Part shown: piece after piece, positions 17,256 to 25,045 of the stretch
How positions within the stretch are numbered: position 1 is the first letter of the stretch
Layout: each line of letters opens with the position of its first letter
From: an uncultured Dehalococcoidia bacterium
GTDB taxonomy: Bacteria > Chloroflexota > Dehalococcoidia > Tepidiformales > Tepidiformaceae
DNA: 64,000 nucleotides
Direction of reading: 5' to 3'
NCBI GenBank assembly: GCA_938015525.1
Contig: CALLPC010000025.1
Location: forward strand, 28,340 to 92,339
The notes under the pieces: generated by a model
Told to the model about the DNA's origin: nothing
Databases searched by the model: none
The model's input: only the letters and a program-made list of their open reading frames with translations
Position numbers and translations under genes: made by a program

Positions 17256-18422
17256 CTACCACCGCTGCCCCGGCGGCGGCGGCACCGCCGGCTCCGCCCG
17301 CGTCATGTGCGCTGCCGAGGCCCCCGCCCGCCACGGCCAGCTCCCTTCGCCCGGCGCGAACGCCCCCGCGCCCCGGGCTGCCACCGCCTCCGCCATCCCC
17401 AGCGCCCGCCGCGCCCCCGCGACGTCGTGCACCCGAAAAATCCGAACCCCCTGCGCGAACGCCAGCGCGCTCACCGCGTGCGTCTCCAGGTCCCGCTCCG
17501 CTGGTGCCAGCCCGCCCACGCTCCCGATGAAATTCTTCCGCGAATGCGCCAGCAAAACCGGGAGCCCGAACGTCCCCAGCTCCCCAATCCGCCGCACCAT
17601 CTGCAGGTCCTCGTCGTGGCTCTTCCCGAACGCAATCCCCGGGTCGACCGCCACCTGCTCCCGCTGGAGCCCGGCCTCCCACAGCTTCTCGAGCCGCTGC
17701 TCCATCCACCCCACCGTCTCGACCACCACGTCCCCGTAGACCGGGGGAGCATCCGGCCGCCGCTTCGGCACCGAGTAGCTGTAATTCAGCACGTACCCGG
17801 CCCCGGCAGCAGCCGCCGCCTCCGCAGCGCTCGTCCCCAGCGTCAGCCCGCTGATGTCGTTCACCAGCTCCGCACCGGCCGCCAGCGCCGCCCGCGCTAC
17901 CACCGGCTTATATGTATCACTCGAAACCACGTGCCCCTCCCGCGCCAGCGCAGCGACCGCCGCCCCCACCACCTCCGCCTCCTCCTCCGGGTCGAGCACC
18001 GGCCGGTCCGCCCGCGCGCTCTCCGCCCCGACGTCGATGATGTCCGCCCCTGCCGCCCGCAGCCGCTCCGCCGCCGCGCAAGCCGCCCCCACGTCCCGCC
18101 CCACCCCGTCGCCCGAGAACGAATCCTCCGTCAGGTTCAGGATGCCCATGATGACCGGCCGATCGAGGGGCAGCTCTCGCGTCCGCAGCCGCCACGCCTG
18201 CACCGGTGCGAGGTACGCCCGGAGCCGGGCAGCATGCGGTGACCCCTGCTCCCCGAGCGCCTCAGCCAGCCGCCCGATCATCGACCGCGAAGCCCACACC
18301 ACCGCCTCGCCCGGCTCGCGCAGGTCGATGCCAAGCCCGAGCCGACTCGTCGCTACCTGCAGCCGCTCCCGGTCGCCCGAAAAGTGCACCGCGTACGGCG
18401 CCTCTGGTTCCGCCGCCGCCAT
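17256..18422 (-). CDS. folP: dihydropteroate synthase with ~95-aa N-terminal extension
   Basis: IMGILNLTEDSFSGDG, DIIDVGAES and HSRKNFIG are DHPS (pterin-binding) motifs. The start is uncertain: ATG at 18422 is chosen, while the ORF track extends to 18506, overlapping the DinB-family gene. Confidence 0.85.
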   Translation of the reverse strand: MAAAEPEAPYAVHFSGDRERLQVATSRLGLGIDLREPGEAVVWASRSMIGRLAEALGEQGSPHAARLRAYLAPVQAWRLRTRELPLDRPVIMGILNLTEDSFSGDGVGRDVGAACAAAERLRAAGADIIDVGAESARADRPVLDPEEEAEVVGAAVAALAREGHVVSSDTYKPVVARAALAAGAELVNDISGLTLGTSAAEAAAAAGAGYVLNYSYSVPKRRPDAPPVYGDVVVETVGWMEQRLEKLWEAGLQREQVAVDPGIAFGKSHDEDLQMVRRIGELGTFGLPVLLAHSRKNFIGSVGGLAPAERDLETHAVSALAFAQGVRIFRVHDVAGARRALGMAEAVAARGAGAFAPGEGSWPWRAGASAAHMTRAEPAVPPPPGQRW

Positions 18423-18457
18423 GCCGTATCCCGGCGGCACGACCCGCAGCGTCGGCC

Positions 18458-18976
18458 TCAACCGCCTCGCCCCGCCAGCCCATCGAGCATCCGCCGGACC
18501 TGCCAAAGGTGCTCCAGGTCATGCTGATACGTCTCCCGCGCAATCTCCATGATCGACACCTCGCCCCGGTACGGGTGCACTCCCTTCCGCTCCCAGTCGC
18601 GCTCCGAAAGGTCCCACAGCAGATACGTCGTCCGCCGCCGCAGGAAGTGGAGCTCTTCCAGCAGCAGCTCCACATCGGCCTCCGCATAATCGGCCTCGAA
18701 CGGGATGTCGTCGAAGTCCACGTGCGGCACTTCCGGCATCCCCCGGCCCCGGCTCATGGCGATGATGGCCGTCTGCTCCTGCACTCCGCGTTCCACCTGC
18801 ACCAGGTGGAACGGTACCGCCAGCAGGCACCACCCCTCATCCGGCCACGCCGCCGGCCGCAGCAGGTCCCGCTCCCGGACGCCCTCGAACGCCCGTGCCA
18901 GCTCCCCCGACGCCTCCCCGAGCGCCTTCAGCAAAAACGAAGGGTCGCTCCCCGCCGCCGCTGGCACGTAACGCAC
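18458..18976 (-). CDS. DinB-family (four-helix-bundle, metal-binding) protein
   Basis: His-containing helices (VPFHLVQVE, YQHDLEHLWQVRRM) and a size of 172 aa are typical of the DinB/YfiT superfamily. Confidence 0.7.
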   Translation of the reverse strand: MRYVPAAAGSDPSFLLKALGEASGELARAFEGVRERDLLRPAAWPDEGWCLLAVPFHLVQVERGVQEQTAIIAMSRGRGMPEVPHVDFDDIPFEADYAEADVELLLEELHFLRRRTTYLLWDLSERDWERKGVHPYRGEVSIMEIARETYQHDLEHLWQVRRMLDGLAGRGG

Positions 18977-18983
18977 GCCTCCG

Positions 18984-18989
18984 ATTCTA
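18984..18989 (-). promoter_or_regulatory. -10-like hexamer TAGAAT, 7 nt upstream of the DinB-family GTG (leaderless-type)
   Basis: The reverse complement of attcta (18984-18989) is TAGAAT. It is followed by cggaggc and then GTG (18976-18974). Confidence 0.45.
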
Positions 18990-19024
18990 GCCCCTGCACC
19001 GGCCTCCCGCGGTAACGACCGCGC

Positions 19025-19603
19025 CTACGTCACCACCAGGGGAACGCCCTCCCGACAGAGTCGGCACGCCGATGGGTCCCACGAGGCCGCCGGCACGTCC
19101 AGGCAGGCGAAGAACGGCGCTCCGAACCCCACCGTCCCCCCCGTCCGGTCGACCAGCACCCCCACGCCGGCCACCGCCGCCCCCCGCGCCTCCACCGCCC
19201 GCAGCACTTCCCGGATGCTCCCGCCGGTCGTGAGCACATCATCCACCACCAGGACGCGGTCTTCCGGCCCCAGCTCGAACCCCCGCCGGAACTCCCGCTC
19301 CTCTCGCCCCTCCTCCTTCCGCTCGGCGATGATCGCTCGCAGCCCCAGCTGCCGCGCCGTCTCGTACGCCAGGATGACCCCGCCCGTCGTCGGCCCGGCC
19401 ACCACCGTCGCCATGCCCCGGAACCGGTCGGCGATCTGCCGGCAAAGCGGCTCCGTCACGTCCGGCCATTGCAGAATCCGGAACTTCTCGATGTACAGCT
19501 CCCCGTGACGGCCGCTCGCGTACTGGAAGTGCCCGCGGAGCAGCGCCCCGCGTCCCTCGAGCAGCGCCCACGCCTCCTCCCGCGTCAGGTGCCGTGCAGA
19601 CAT
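19025..19603 (-). CDS. pyrE: orotate phosphoribosyltransferase
   Basis: The PRPP-binding motif VLVVDDVLTTGGS and an overall PyrE-like sequence (192 aa). Confidence 0.9.
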   Translation of the reverse strand: MSARHLTREEAWALLEGRGALLRGHFQYASGRHGELYIEKFRILQWPDVTEPLCRQIADRFRGMATVVAGPTTGGVILAYETARQLGLRAIIAERKEEGREEREFRRGFELGPEDRVLVVDDVLTTGGSIREVLRAVEARGAAVAGVGVLVDRTGGTVGFGAPFFACLDVPAASWDPSACRLCREGVPLVVT

Positions 19604-19661
19604 GCCGCGAGCGTACCCGCTCGCCGCCTTCCCGTCGCGGGACGTGCGGATCGGTAGCGCG

Positions 19662-22600
19662 CTACTCTTCGCCGAGCCGCTTCGCCGTCAGGACCGGCTT
19701 CTGCTCCGTCAGCACTCCCTTCTCGTTCGGAGCCAGCCCGAACCGGCTCAGCGGCAGGTAGCTCAGGGTCGCCTTCCCGATGATGAGGTCCTTCGAGACC
19801 AGGCCCACCTGCGCGCTCCGGCTGTCCAGGCTGTTGTTCCGGTTGTCCCCCATCACGAAATACTCGTCCGGCGGGATGACGACCTTCGGGAGCGTGTCGT
19901 TCCACGGCGTCCGGATGTACGGCTCTTCCAGCAGCCGGTCATTGATGTACACCTTGCCGTTCACGATTTCGATCGTCTCCCCAGGGAGCCCGATGACCCG
20001 CTTGATCAGGTCGGTGCTCGGGTCACGCGGGTCCCGGAGCACCACGATGTCCCCCCGCTCCGGCCCGTGGAACACGTACCGCGTCGGGTCATCCCCCGGG
20101 TCGATGAACGGCAGGAACGTCGACAGCTTCTGCAGGTCGACCTCCGAGTACACCAGCTTGTTCACGATGAGGAACTGCCCGTTCTCCAGCGTCGGGTACA
20201 TCGAGTTGCCGTCGACTTTGAAGTTCCCGAAGCTCGCCCGCACCGAAAGGAAGACCAGCGCGGCCAGCATGACCGTCTCCACTACTTCCCGGACCCAAGC
20301 TTTCAGCCGCCCGTCATCCCGCGAACGTGCGGCCGCGGGTTCCGCCGCTTCCTCCCGGCCCGTCGCCCAGGGCGGCGCCGCAGCCAGCGAGTCGAACTCG
20401 AACCCGATCGGCGCATTCCGCTGCTCGAACTCCGCGGACACCTCCTCCGCCGGGGCCCATCCGTCATCCGCCGGCCTGCCGCGCTGCGGCGCCCACGCCG
20501 CCATCCGGATGAACGGCCGCTCTTCCGGCTCTGTTCCCGTCTCCTCGACGATCTGCGTGCCCTGCGCGCCGAACAGCATCTCGAGCGCTGCCGCGGTTTC
20601 AGCGTCGGCCTCCGCCGATGCCGTCTCGGGCTCCGGCATCGAAGCATGCGCCTCGAACGCCCTCAGGATGACGTCGCCTTCGTCCTCGGTCGAGACGAAC
20701 TCCGGCTCATCCCCGTCGGTCACCGGGGACGGCCGCGCCCAGGCCGGCTCATCGCCCGCGGCGCCCATCTGGGCCTCGAGGCTCGCCGCGAGGTCGAGCT
20801 CGTCCTCTCCCATCACCGACACGCCGAGCTCCGCCGTCTCGGCGATGTCGCCCCACATGTCGTCATCGTCGGCTGCGTCCAGCACCTCGAAGCCGTCGGG
20901 CGCGGCCGCCTCCGTTCCCCCGGTGCCCCGGGCGAATGTCGCCCCGGCAGGGTCCTCCTCGTCCTCAGCCTCCCACCACGGCCGCGGCTCCCGGGCAGCC
21001 GCCTGCTCCGTTGCCGGCGCGACATCGGCGCTCGCGACCGCCTCCCCGGCGGGGTCCTCCTCGTCCTCAGCCTCCCACCACGGCCGCGGCTCCCGGGCGG
21101 CCGCCTGCTCCCCTGCCGGCGCGACATCGGCGCTCATGACCGCCTCCCCGGCGGGGTCCTCCTCGTCCTCAGCCTCCCACCGCGGCCGCGGCGCATCGCT
21201 CTCGGGCTCCGCCCCGAGGCTCCCGGGCCCGACGCTGCCGGAGTCGTGGTCCCCCCACAGCGCAGCCTGGACTGCCGCTCCGAATTCCGCCTGGCTCAGC
21301 GGCACCGGTTCCGGGGCCCAGGCTTCGCCCGCCTCGACCGTTGCCCCCGGCCGGGGCGGCTCGCCGGGGTCCGTCCGCCCGATACCGCCGCTCTCCGCCA
21401 GCCAGCTGCCCGCTTCGACCGACACCGGTTCTGGGTCCCATTCCTCCGCCAGGACTTCGTCGCCGACCGGCACTCCATCCCCCTCGGCGAACGGGCCATG
21501 CACCGCCGCGACGACCTCCGGGGCCCAGCCATCCTCGCCGTCGGCGGCCTCGGCGGCAGGTCCCTCCCGCGAGATTCCCCACCATCCGGTCGTACCGGCC
21601 GCTGGCTCGCTGCCGCTCCTTTGCTCCATCTGCCACGCGAGTGACTGGACCTGGGCAGCGAAGTCGCTCACCGCCTCCAGGTCGCTGGCGAGCGACTCGC
21701 CCATGCTGCTGCCCCATCCCTCCGGCGTCGACCCCGGCGGTTCATCGGCGACCAGTCGGCCTCCTTCGAAGACGCTCGGTCCCCGCTCAGGTTCGAAGCC
21801 GCCGGTGGCCTCCTGCTCCTCCGGCCCCACCTGCCATCCCGCCAGCCACGGCGTGCCGGATTCCCGTCGTTCAGCGGGCTCCTCGCGCCGCTTTCGCCCG
21901 AACAGCCGCCCAAAGAGGCCGCGCTTTTCATCCCCCGGTTCAGCCCGGCCCGGCACCTCCCGCACCGGGAACAGCCCGGCCAGCGGGTCGTCGTACTCAG
22001 CCGAATGCCCGGCGGGCCCGTCCTGCCCGGGCCCGGCGAACGCCGCCAATCCTGCCCCCTCGACGCCCCCAGACCGCTCGTCGTCATGAACTCCCTCGCG
22101 CTCCCCGGGCCCCGGCCTGTCGAGCATGGCGAACCGGGACGCTCCCCCGTCATCCCGCCATCTCGCCGCGAAAACGGCCGCCTCGCCGGCCTCGGAAACG
22201 CTCGGCTCCCTTGCCGCTTCACCATCTCCCGCGCGATGCAGGCCCGCCCCCGCACGAAACTCCTCGCCCGTGCCCGGGGGCTCGAGCGGCCCGGCCCCCG
22301 CCGACCCCGGGGCATCCGCATCGCGCCAGGGGTCCTCCGCGGCCTCACTCCGGTCGCCTGCCTCCGCACCGGCGCCGGGTCGGGCCGCCGCGTCTGCCTC
22401 CCATCCGGCTGCCGAACCCCCCGCCGGCTCCTGCTCCTCCGTCTGAGGCTCGAGCTCCCAGTCGAACGGCTTCAGGAACTCCTCAGGAACCTGGCTCAAG
22501 TCCCGAACATCCTCGCCGAGCGGTTTCTTTTTCGCCCACTCGCGCATCGCCGCGAGCCCTTCAGAAACCCCGGCCCCTTCGTCGCCTTCCTCGCCCCGGT

Positions 22601-23567
22601 CGAGCCCGAAAAACGCATCCCACCTGCTGCTCTTGCCCGGCCCCCGGTCGGCGGCCCGGTCATCTTCCGGCCGCCGGCGGAGGAGCGGCAGTCCCGCAGC
22701 CGGGCGCTCCTCCATCGCGGCGAGCCCCTCCTCGACCGTCGCGCCTCGCTCGTCCTCCCCGCCCGGGGTTGCAGCCGCGCCGTCCGCCCCGGGCTCCGAC
22801 GCAACGCCGGGGCCCCCTGCCTCGGCCTCGAACCCGCCTGCGCCGCTGCTCCCATGCCCCTCCGGCTGCTCGTCTTCCCGCCCCTCTTCGCTGCCCCCGC
22901 CCAAACGCTGCCGGCCGGCACCGTGGCCGCGCTCCGCCCACGCCCGCATCTGCGACACGATGCTCCCGTCTTCGCCCGGGTCCTCGCCGGCCTCCTGCCC
23001 ATCATCCGGCCCCGGCCACGCGCCCGGCCCGAAATCCCAGTTCAGCCGCGACCCCTCCACCGCCTCTCGCCGCGGCCGCAACCGCAGCGGCGGCGGTTCG
23101 ATCATCCCCGCGGGCCCCGGGCTGGTACCCGTCGGCTCGCCCGGCGTTGATGCCCCGCGCGGCTTCAGCCGCAGCGGCTCCGACACGAAGCCGGGGTCCA
23201 GCCGCTCCGTCGACCAATCACCTTCGTCATCGCTGTCCGCAAGCTCGCCTGGCCACCCCCGGAACGCCCGCTGCTGCGGCGAAGAATGCCGCCGCTCCTC
23301 CTCGCCTTCCCGCCTTTTCCTCCCGAGGCCAAAAAGCCCGCGCTTCTTCGGCACATCCGGTGCCGGCCGGTTCAACACCCAGGGGTCGCGCCCCGTGCGG
23401 TCTGCCGGCTCCTGCTCCCTGCTCCGGAGGCGTTCACGGAGCAGTCTGTTCTTCTCCTCCTGCCGCTTCCACGCATCGCTCGGCAGGTCGAAATACCAGT
23501 CCTGCGGGTCCTGCTGACCGGTTTCCAGTTCGTCGAGGGGCCGCCCCTCGCCATTGTCCATCGTCAT
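19662..23567 (-). CDS. lepB: signal peptidase I (LepB) with ~1090-aa acidic low-complexity N-terminal extension
   Basis: The C-terminal ~209 aa (about nt 19665-20291) hold a TM helix (VMLAALVFLSV), GNSMYPTL (catalytic Ser), IKRVIGLPGE (catalytic Lys) and GDNRNNSLDSR (box E). The same frame stays open upstream to the ATG at 23567, which has TATGGT 6 nt upstream. The extent of the true N-terminus is unverified. Confidence 0.65.
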   Translation of the reverse strand: MTMDNGEGRPLDELETGQQDPQDWYFDLPSDAWKRQEEKNRLLRERLRSREQEPADRTGRDPWVLNRPAPDVPKKRGLFGLGRKRREGEEERRHSSPQQRAFRGWPGELADSDDEGDWSTERLDPGFVSEPLRLKPRGASTPGEPTGTSPGPAGMIEPPPLRLRPRREAVEGSRLNWDFGPGAWPGPDDGQEAGEDPGEDGSIVSQMRAWAERGHGAGRQRLGGGSEEGREDEQPEGHGSSGAGGFEAEAGGPGVASEPGADGAAATPGGEDERGATVEEGLAAMEERPAAGLPLLRRRPEDDRAADRGPGKSSRWDAFFGLDRGEEGDEGAGVSEGLAAMREWAKKKPLGEDVRDLSQVPEEFLKPFDWELEPQTEEQEPAGGSAAGWEADAAARPGAGAEAGDRSEAAEDPWRDADAPGSAGAGPLEPPGTGEEFRAGAGLHRAGDGEAAREPSVSEAGEAAVFAARWRDDGGASRFAMLDRPGPGEREGVHDDERSGGVEGAGLAAFAGPGQDGPAGHSAEYDDPLAGLFPVREVPGRAEPGDEKRGLFGRLFGRKRREEPAERRESGTPWLAGWQVGPEEQEATGGFEPERGPSVFEGGRLVADEPPGSTPEGWGSSMGESLASDLEAVSDFAAQVQSLAWQMEQRSGSEPAAGTTGWWGISREGPAAEAADGEDGWAPEVVAAVHGPFAEGDGVPVGDEVLAEEWDPEPVSVEAGSWLAESGGIGRTDPGEPPRPGATVEAGEAWAPEPVPLSQAEFGAAVQAALWGDHDSGSVGPGSLGAEPESDAPRPRWEAEDEEDPAGEAVMSADVAPAGEQAAAREPRPWWEAEDEEDPAGEAVASADVAPATEQAAAREPRPWWEAEDEEDPAGATFARGTGGTEAAAPDGFEVLDAADDDDMWGDIAETAELGVSVMGEDELDLAASLEAQMGAAGDEPAWARPSPVTDGDEPEFVSTEDEGDVILRAFEAHASMPEPETASAEADAETAAALEMLFGAQGTQIVEETGTEPEERPFIRMAAWAPQRGRPADDGWAPAEEVSAEFEQRNAPIGFEFDSLAAAPPWATGREEAAEPAAARSRDDGRLKAWVREVVETVMLAALVFLSVRASFGNFKVDGNSMYPTLENGQFLIVNKLVYSEVDLQKLSTFLPFIDPGDDPTRYVFHGPERGDIVVLRDPRDPSTDLIKRVIGLPGETIEIVNGKVYINDRLLEEPYIRTPWNDTLPKVVIPPDEYFVMGDNRNNSLDSRSAQVGLVSKDLIIGKATLSYLPLSRFGLAPNEKGVLTEQKPVLTAKRLGEE
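20951..21190. repeat. tandem repeat, 102-nt unit, ~2.35 copies, in frame within lepB (34-aa protein repeat)
   Basis: Copies start at 20951, 21053 and 21155, and only a few mismatches are visible by eye. They encode RP(R/W)WEAEDEEDPAGEAV(M/A)SADVAPA(G/T)EQAAAREP. Confidence 0.9.
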
Positions 23568-23573
23568 CAGCGT

Positions 23574-23579
23574 ACCATA
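23574..23579 (-). promoter_or_regulatory. -10-like hexamer TATGGT, 6 nt upstream of the lepB ATG (leaderless-type)
   Basis: The reverse complement of accata (23574-23579) is TATGGT. It is followed by acgctg and then ATG (23567-23565). Confidence 0.4.
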
Positions 23580-23634
23580 GCCTCCCCGCTGTTCCGGGCA
23601 GCTCCTCCGCGTCGCCCTTTACAGCCGATTGACC

Positions 23635-23640
23635 TACCCT
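23635..23640 (+). promoter_or_regulatory. -10-like hexamer TACCCT, 8 nt upstream of the ECF sigma ATG (leaderless-type)
   Basis: TACCCT-cggcccac-ATG(23649). The same TACCCT hexamer recurs before the starts at 25847 and 42434. Confidence 0.35.
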
Positions 23641-23648
23641 CGGCCCAC

Positions 23649-24266
23649 ATGCCCGATATGCTCGAACCCCCGGACGAGCACCTGGTCTCTCTTTCAAAGG
23701 ACGGCAATCTCGACGCCTTCAACAGCCTCGTCGACCGTTACCAGTCGCTCGTGTTCACCCTCTGCTACCGCCAGCTCGGCGAGCGAACCGCCGCCGAAGA
23801 CGCCGCCCAGGAGACCTTCCTCTCCGCCTATCGCGCGCTCCCCCAGTTCCAGGGCGGCAGCTTCCGCAGCTGGCTCCTCCGCATCGCCCTCAACCATTGC
23901 CGCGACGAACTCCGCCGCCGCCTGCGCCGGGTCCCCACCCGCCCTTTCGACACCGGCCGCCCCGATGACGTCGCCATCGAACCGCAGGACCCCGCTGCCG
24001 ACCCTGCCGCCGCGTTTGAAGCCCGCGCCCTCGGCCCGGCACTCGAACGGGCACTCGCCGGGCTCCCGCCGGACCAGCGCGAGGTCATCCTGCTCGCCGA
24101 CGTCCATGGCCTCCAGTACGAGGAAATCGCCGCCGCTACCGGCGTCTCTCTCGGCACGGTCAAATCCCGCCTCTCCCGCGGCCGCGACCGTCTCCGCCGC
24201 ATCCTCGCTCGCCACCCGGAACTTTTCCCCCGCTCCGGACGTCTCCCCGACGGAGGGGACCGATGA
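23649..24266 (+). CDS. RNA polymerase ECF-type sigma-70 factor
   Basis: Region 2 (FNSLVDRYQSLVFTLCYRQLG...AEDAAQETFLSAYRAL) and region 4 (QREVILLADVHGLQYEEIAAATGVSLGTVKSRLSRGR). The ORF was trimmed to the ATG at 23649. Confidence 0.9.
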   Translation: MPDMLEPPDEHLVSLSKDGNLDAFNSLVDRYQSLVFTLCYRQLGERTAAEDAAQETFLSAYRALPQFQGGSFRSWLLRIALNHCRDELRRRLRRVPTRPFDTGRPDDVAIEPQDPAADPAAAFEARALGPALERALAGLPPDQREVILLADVHGLQYEEIAAATGVSLGTVKSRLSRGRDRLRRILARHPELFPRSGRLPDGGDR

Positions 24267-25042
24267 CCGACAGGCTTTTCCGCCGCCACCGCGCCTGGCA
24301 TGCCCTCATCACCGACGCCGTCAGCGGCCGCGCCGATGAGGCGAGCCGCCAGCGCCTCGACGCGCACGTCGCGCGCTGCGACGCCTGCCGCACCCGCCTC
24401 GAAGACGAGCGCCGACTCCGGGCCGCGCTCCAGTCCCTCCCACTCCGCGAACCCTCCCGCTCCCTCCGGCTGACTGCGGCCATGCTCGAACACCCCCGCG
24501 CCGCGCCCTCCCGCCGGGCTGCCCCGGGCCCGGTCCTCCTCCTCGCAGCGCGCGGCATCGCTGCCGCAGCCGTCGCCGCCTTCGCCGTCGTCGCGCTCCT
24601 CGCGCTCGCCTCGCCCGCCGATGACGGCGGCTCAGTCTCGCTCGCCTCCCGCGAGCAGGCCGAGGATACCGTGGCACCGATGGCCGCCCCGTCCGAGGGC
24701 GAGAGCGCAGACCACGCCGCGCCCCTGGCGCCCTTCGCCGCTACGCCCGGGGCCCCGCCGGGCCTCGCGTCCCCGCCAGCCGGCGGGGGCGCCCCCAACT
24801 CCGACCGTTCTCCTGACGCGGGCGGGCCCTCCGGCGATACGGCGGCCGACCACGGTGAGGACCGGGTCGCGGACGGGAGCAAGCCCGGCGAAGCGGCCGA
24901 GAACGCTCAACCCGCCGCCGCGCGCAGCGGTGGGCCTGCCGAAGGGAGCCGCGTCCCGTCCTGGCTCCTGCTCGCCACGGGAGCAGCAGCCGCCGCCGCC
25001 CTGGCCGCCCTCGCCGGCCTCGAAATCGCCCGGAGAAAATGA
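24263..25042 (+). CDS. anti-sigma factor (zf-HC2) with two TM segments and a Pro/Ala/Gly/Asp-rich extracytoplasmic region
   Basis: HVARCDACR carries the Hx3Cx2C motif. Its ATG overlaps the sigma gene stop (ATGA). There is a central TM and a C-terminal TM ending in ARRK. Confidence 0.8.
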   Translation: MTDRLFRRHRAWHALITDAVSGRADEASRQRLDAHVARCDACRTRLEDERRLRAALQSLPLREPSRSLRLTAAMLEHPRAAPSRRAAPGPVLLLAARGIAAAAVAAFAVVALLALASPADDGGSVSLASREQAEDTVAPMAAPSEGESADHAAPLAPFAATPGAPPGLASPPAGGGAPNSDRSPDAGGPSGDTAADHGEDRVADGSKPGEAAENAQPAAARSGGPAEGSRVPSWLLLATGAAAAAALAALAGLEIARRK

Positions 25043-25045
25043 TCG

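Noticed and set aside
20951-21190. Possible CRISPR array or minisatellite at the 102-nt tandem repeat.
   Set aside because: The copies are directly adjacent with no unique spacers. The unit is a multiple of 3 and in frame with lepB. No cas genes are nearby. It is a coding tandem repeat.
19780-22089. A 769-aa + strand ORF (Ser/Pro/Ala-rich), together with the + strand ORFs at 19602-21644 and 21341-23632, all opposite the lepB region.
   Set aside because: These are shadow ORFs. 19780-22089 shares third-codon positions with the lepB frame and runs straight through the unmistakable peptidase domain. The compositions are the Pro/Arg/Ser/Ala junk expected from the C-rich strand. None spans the region with a sensible start or upstream signals.
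23591-23595. A GGAAC (- strand) ECF-type -35-like element upstream of lepB, which would suggest direct control by the divergent ECF sigma factor.
   Set aside because: It lies only 24-28 nt from the ATG, so the implied transcription start would fall inside the coding sequence. No matching CGT-type -10 sits at the right spacing. The idea is kept only as a remark under the ECF module finding.
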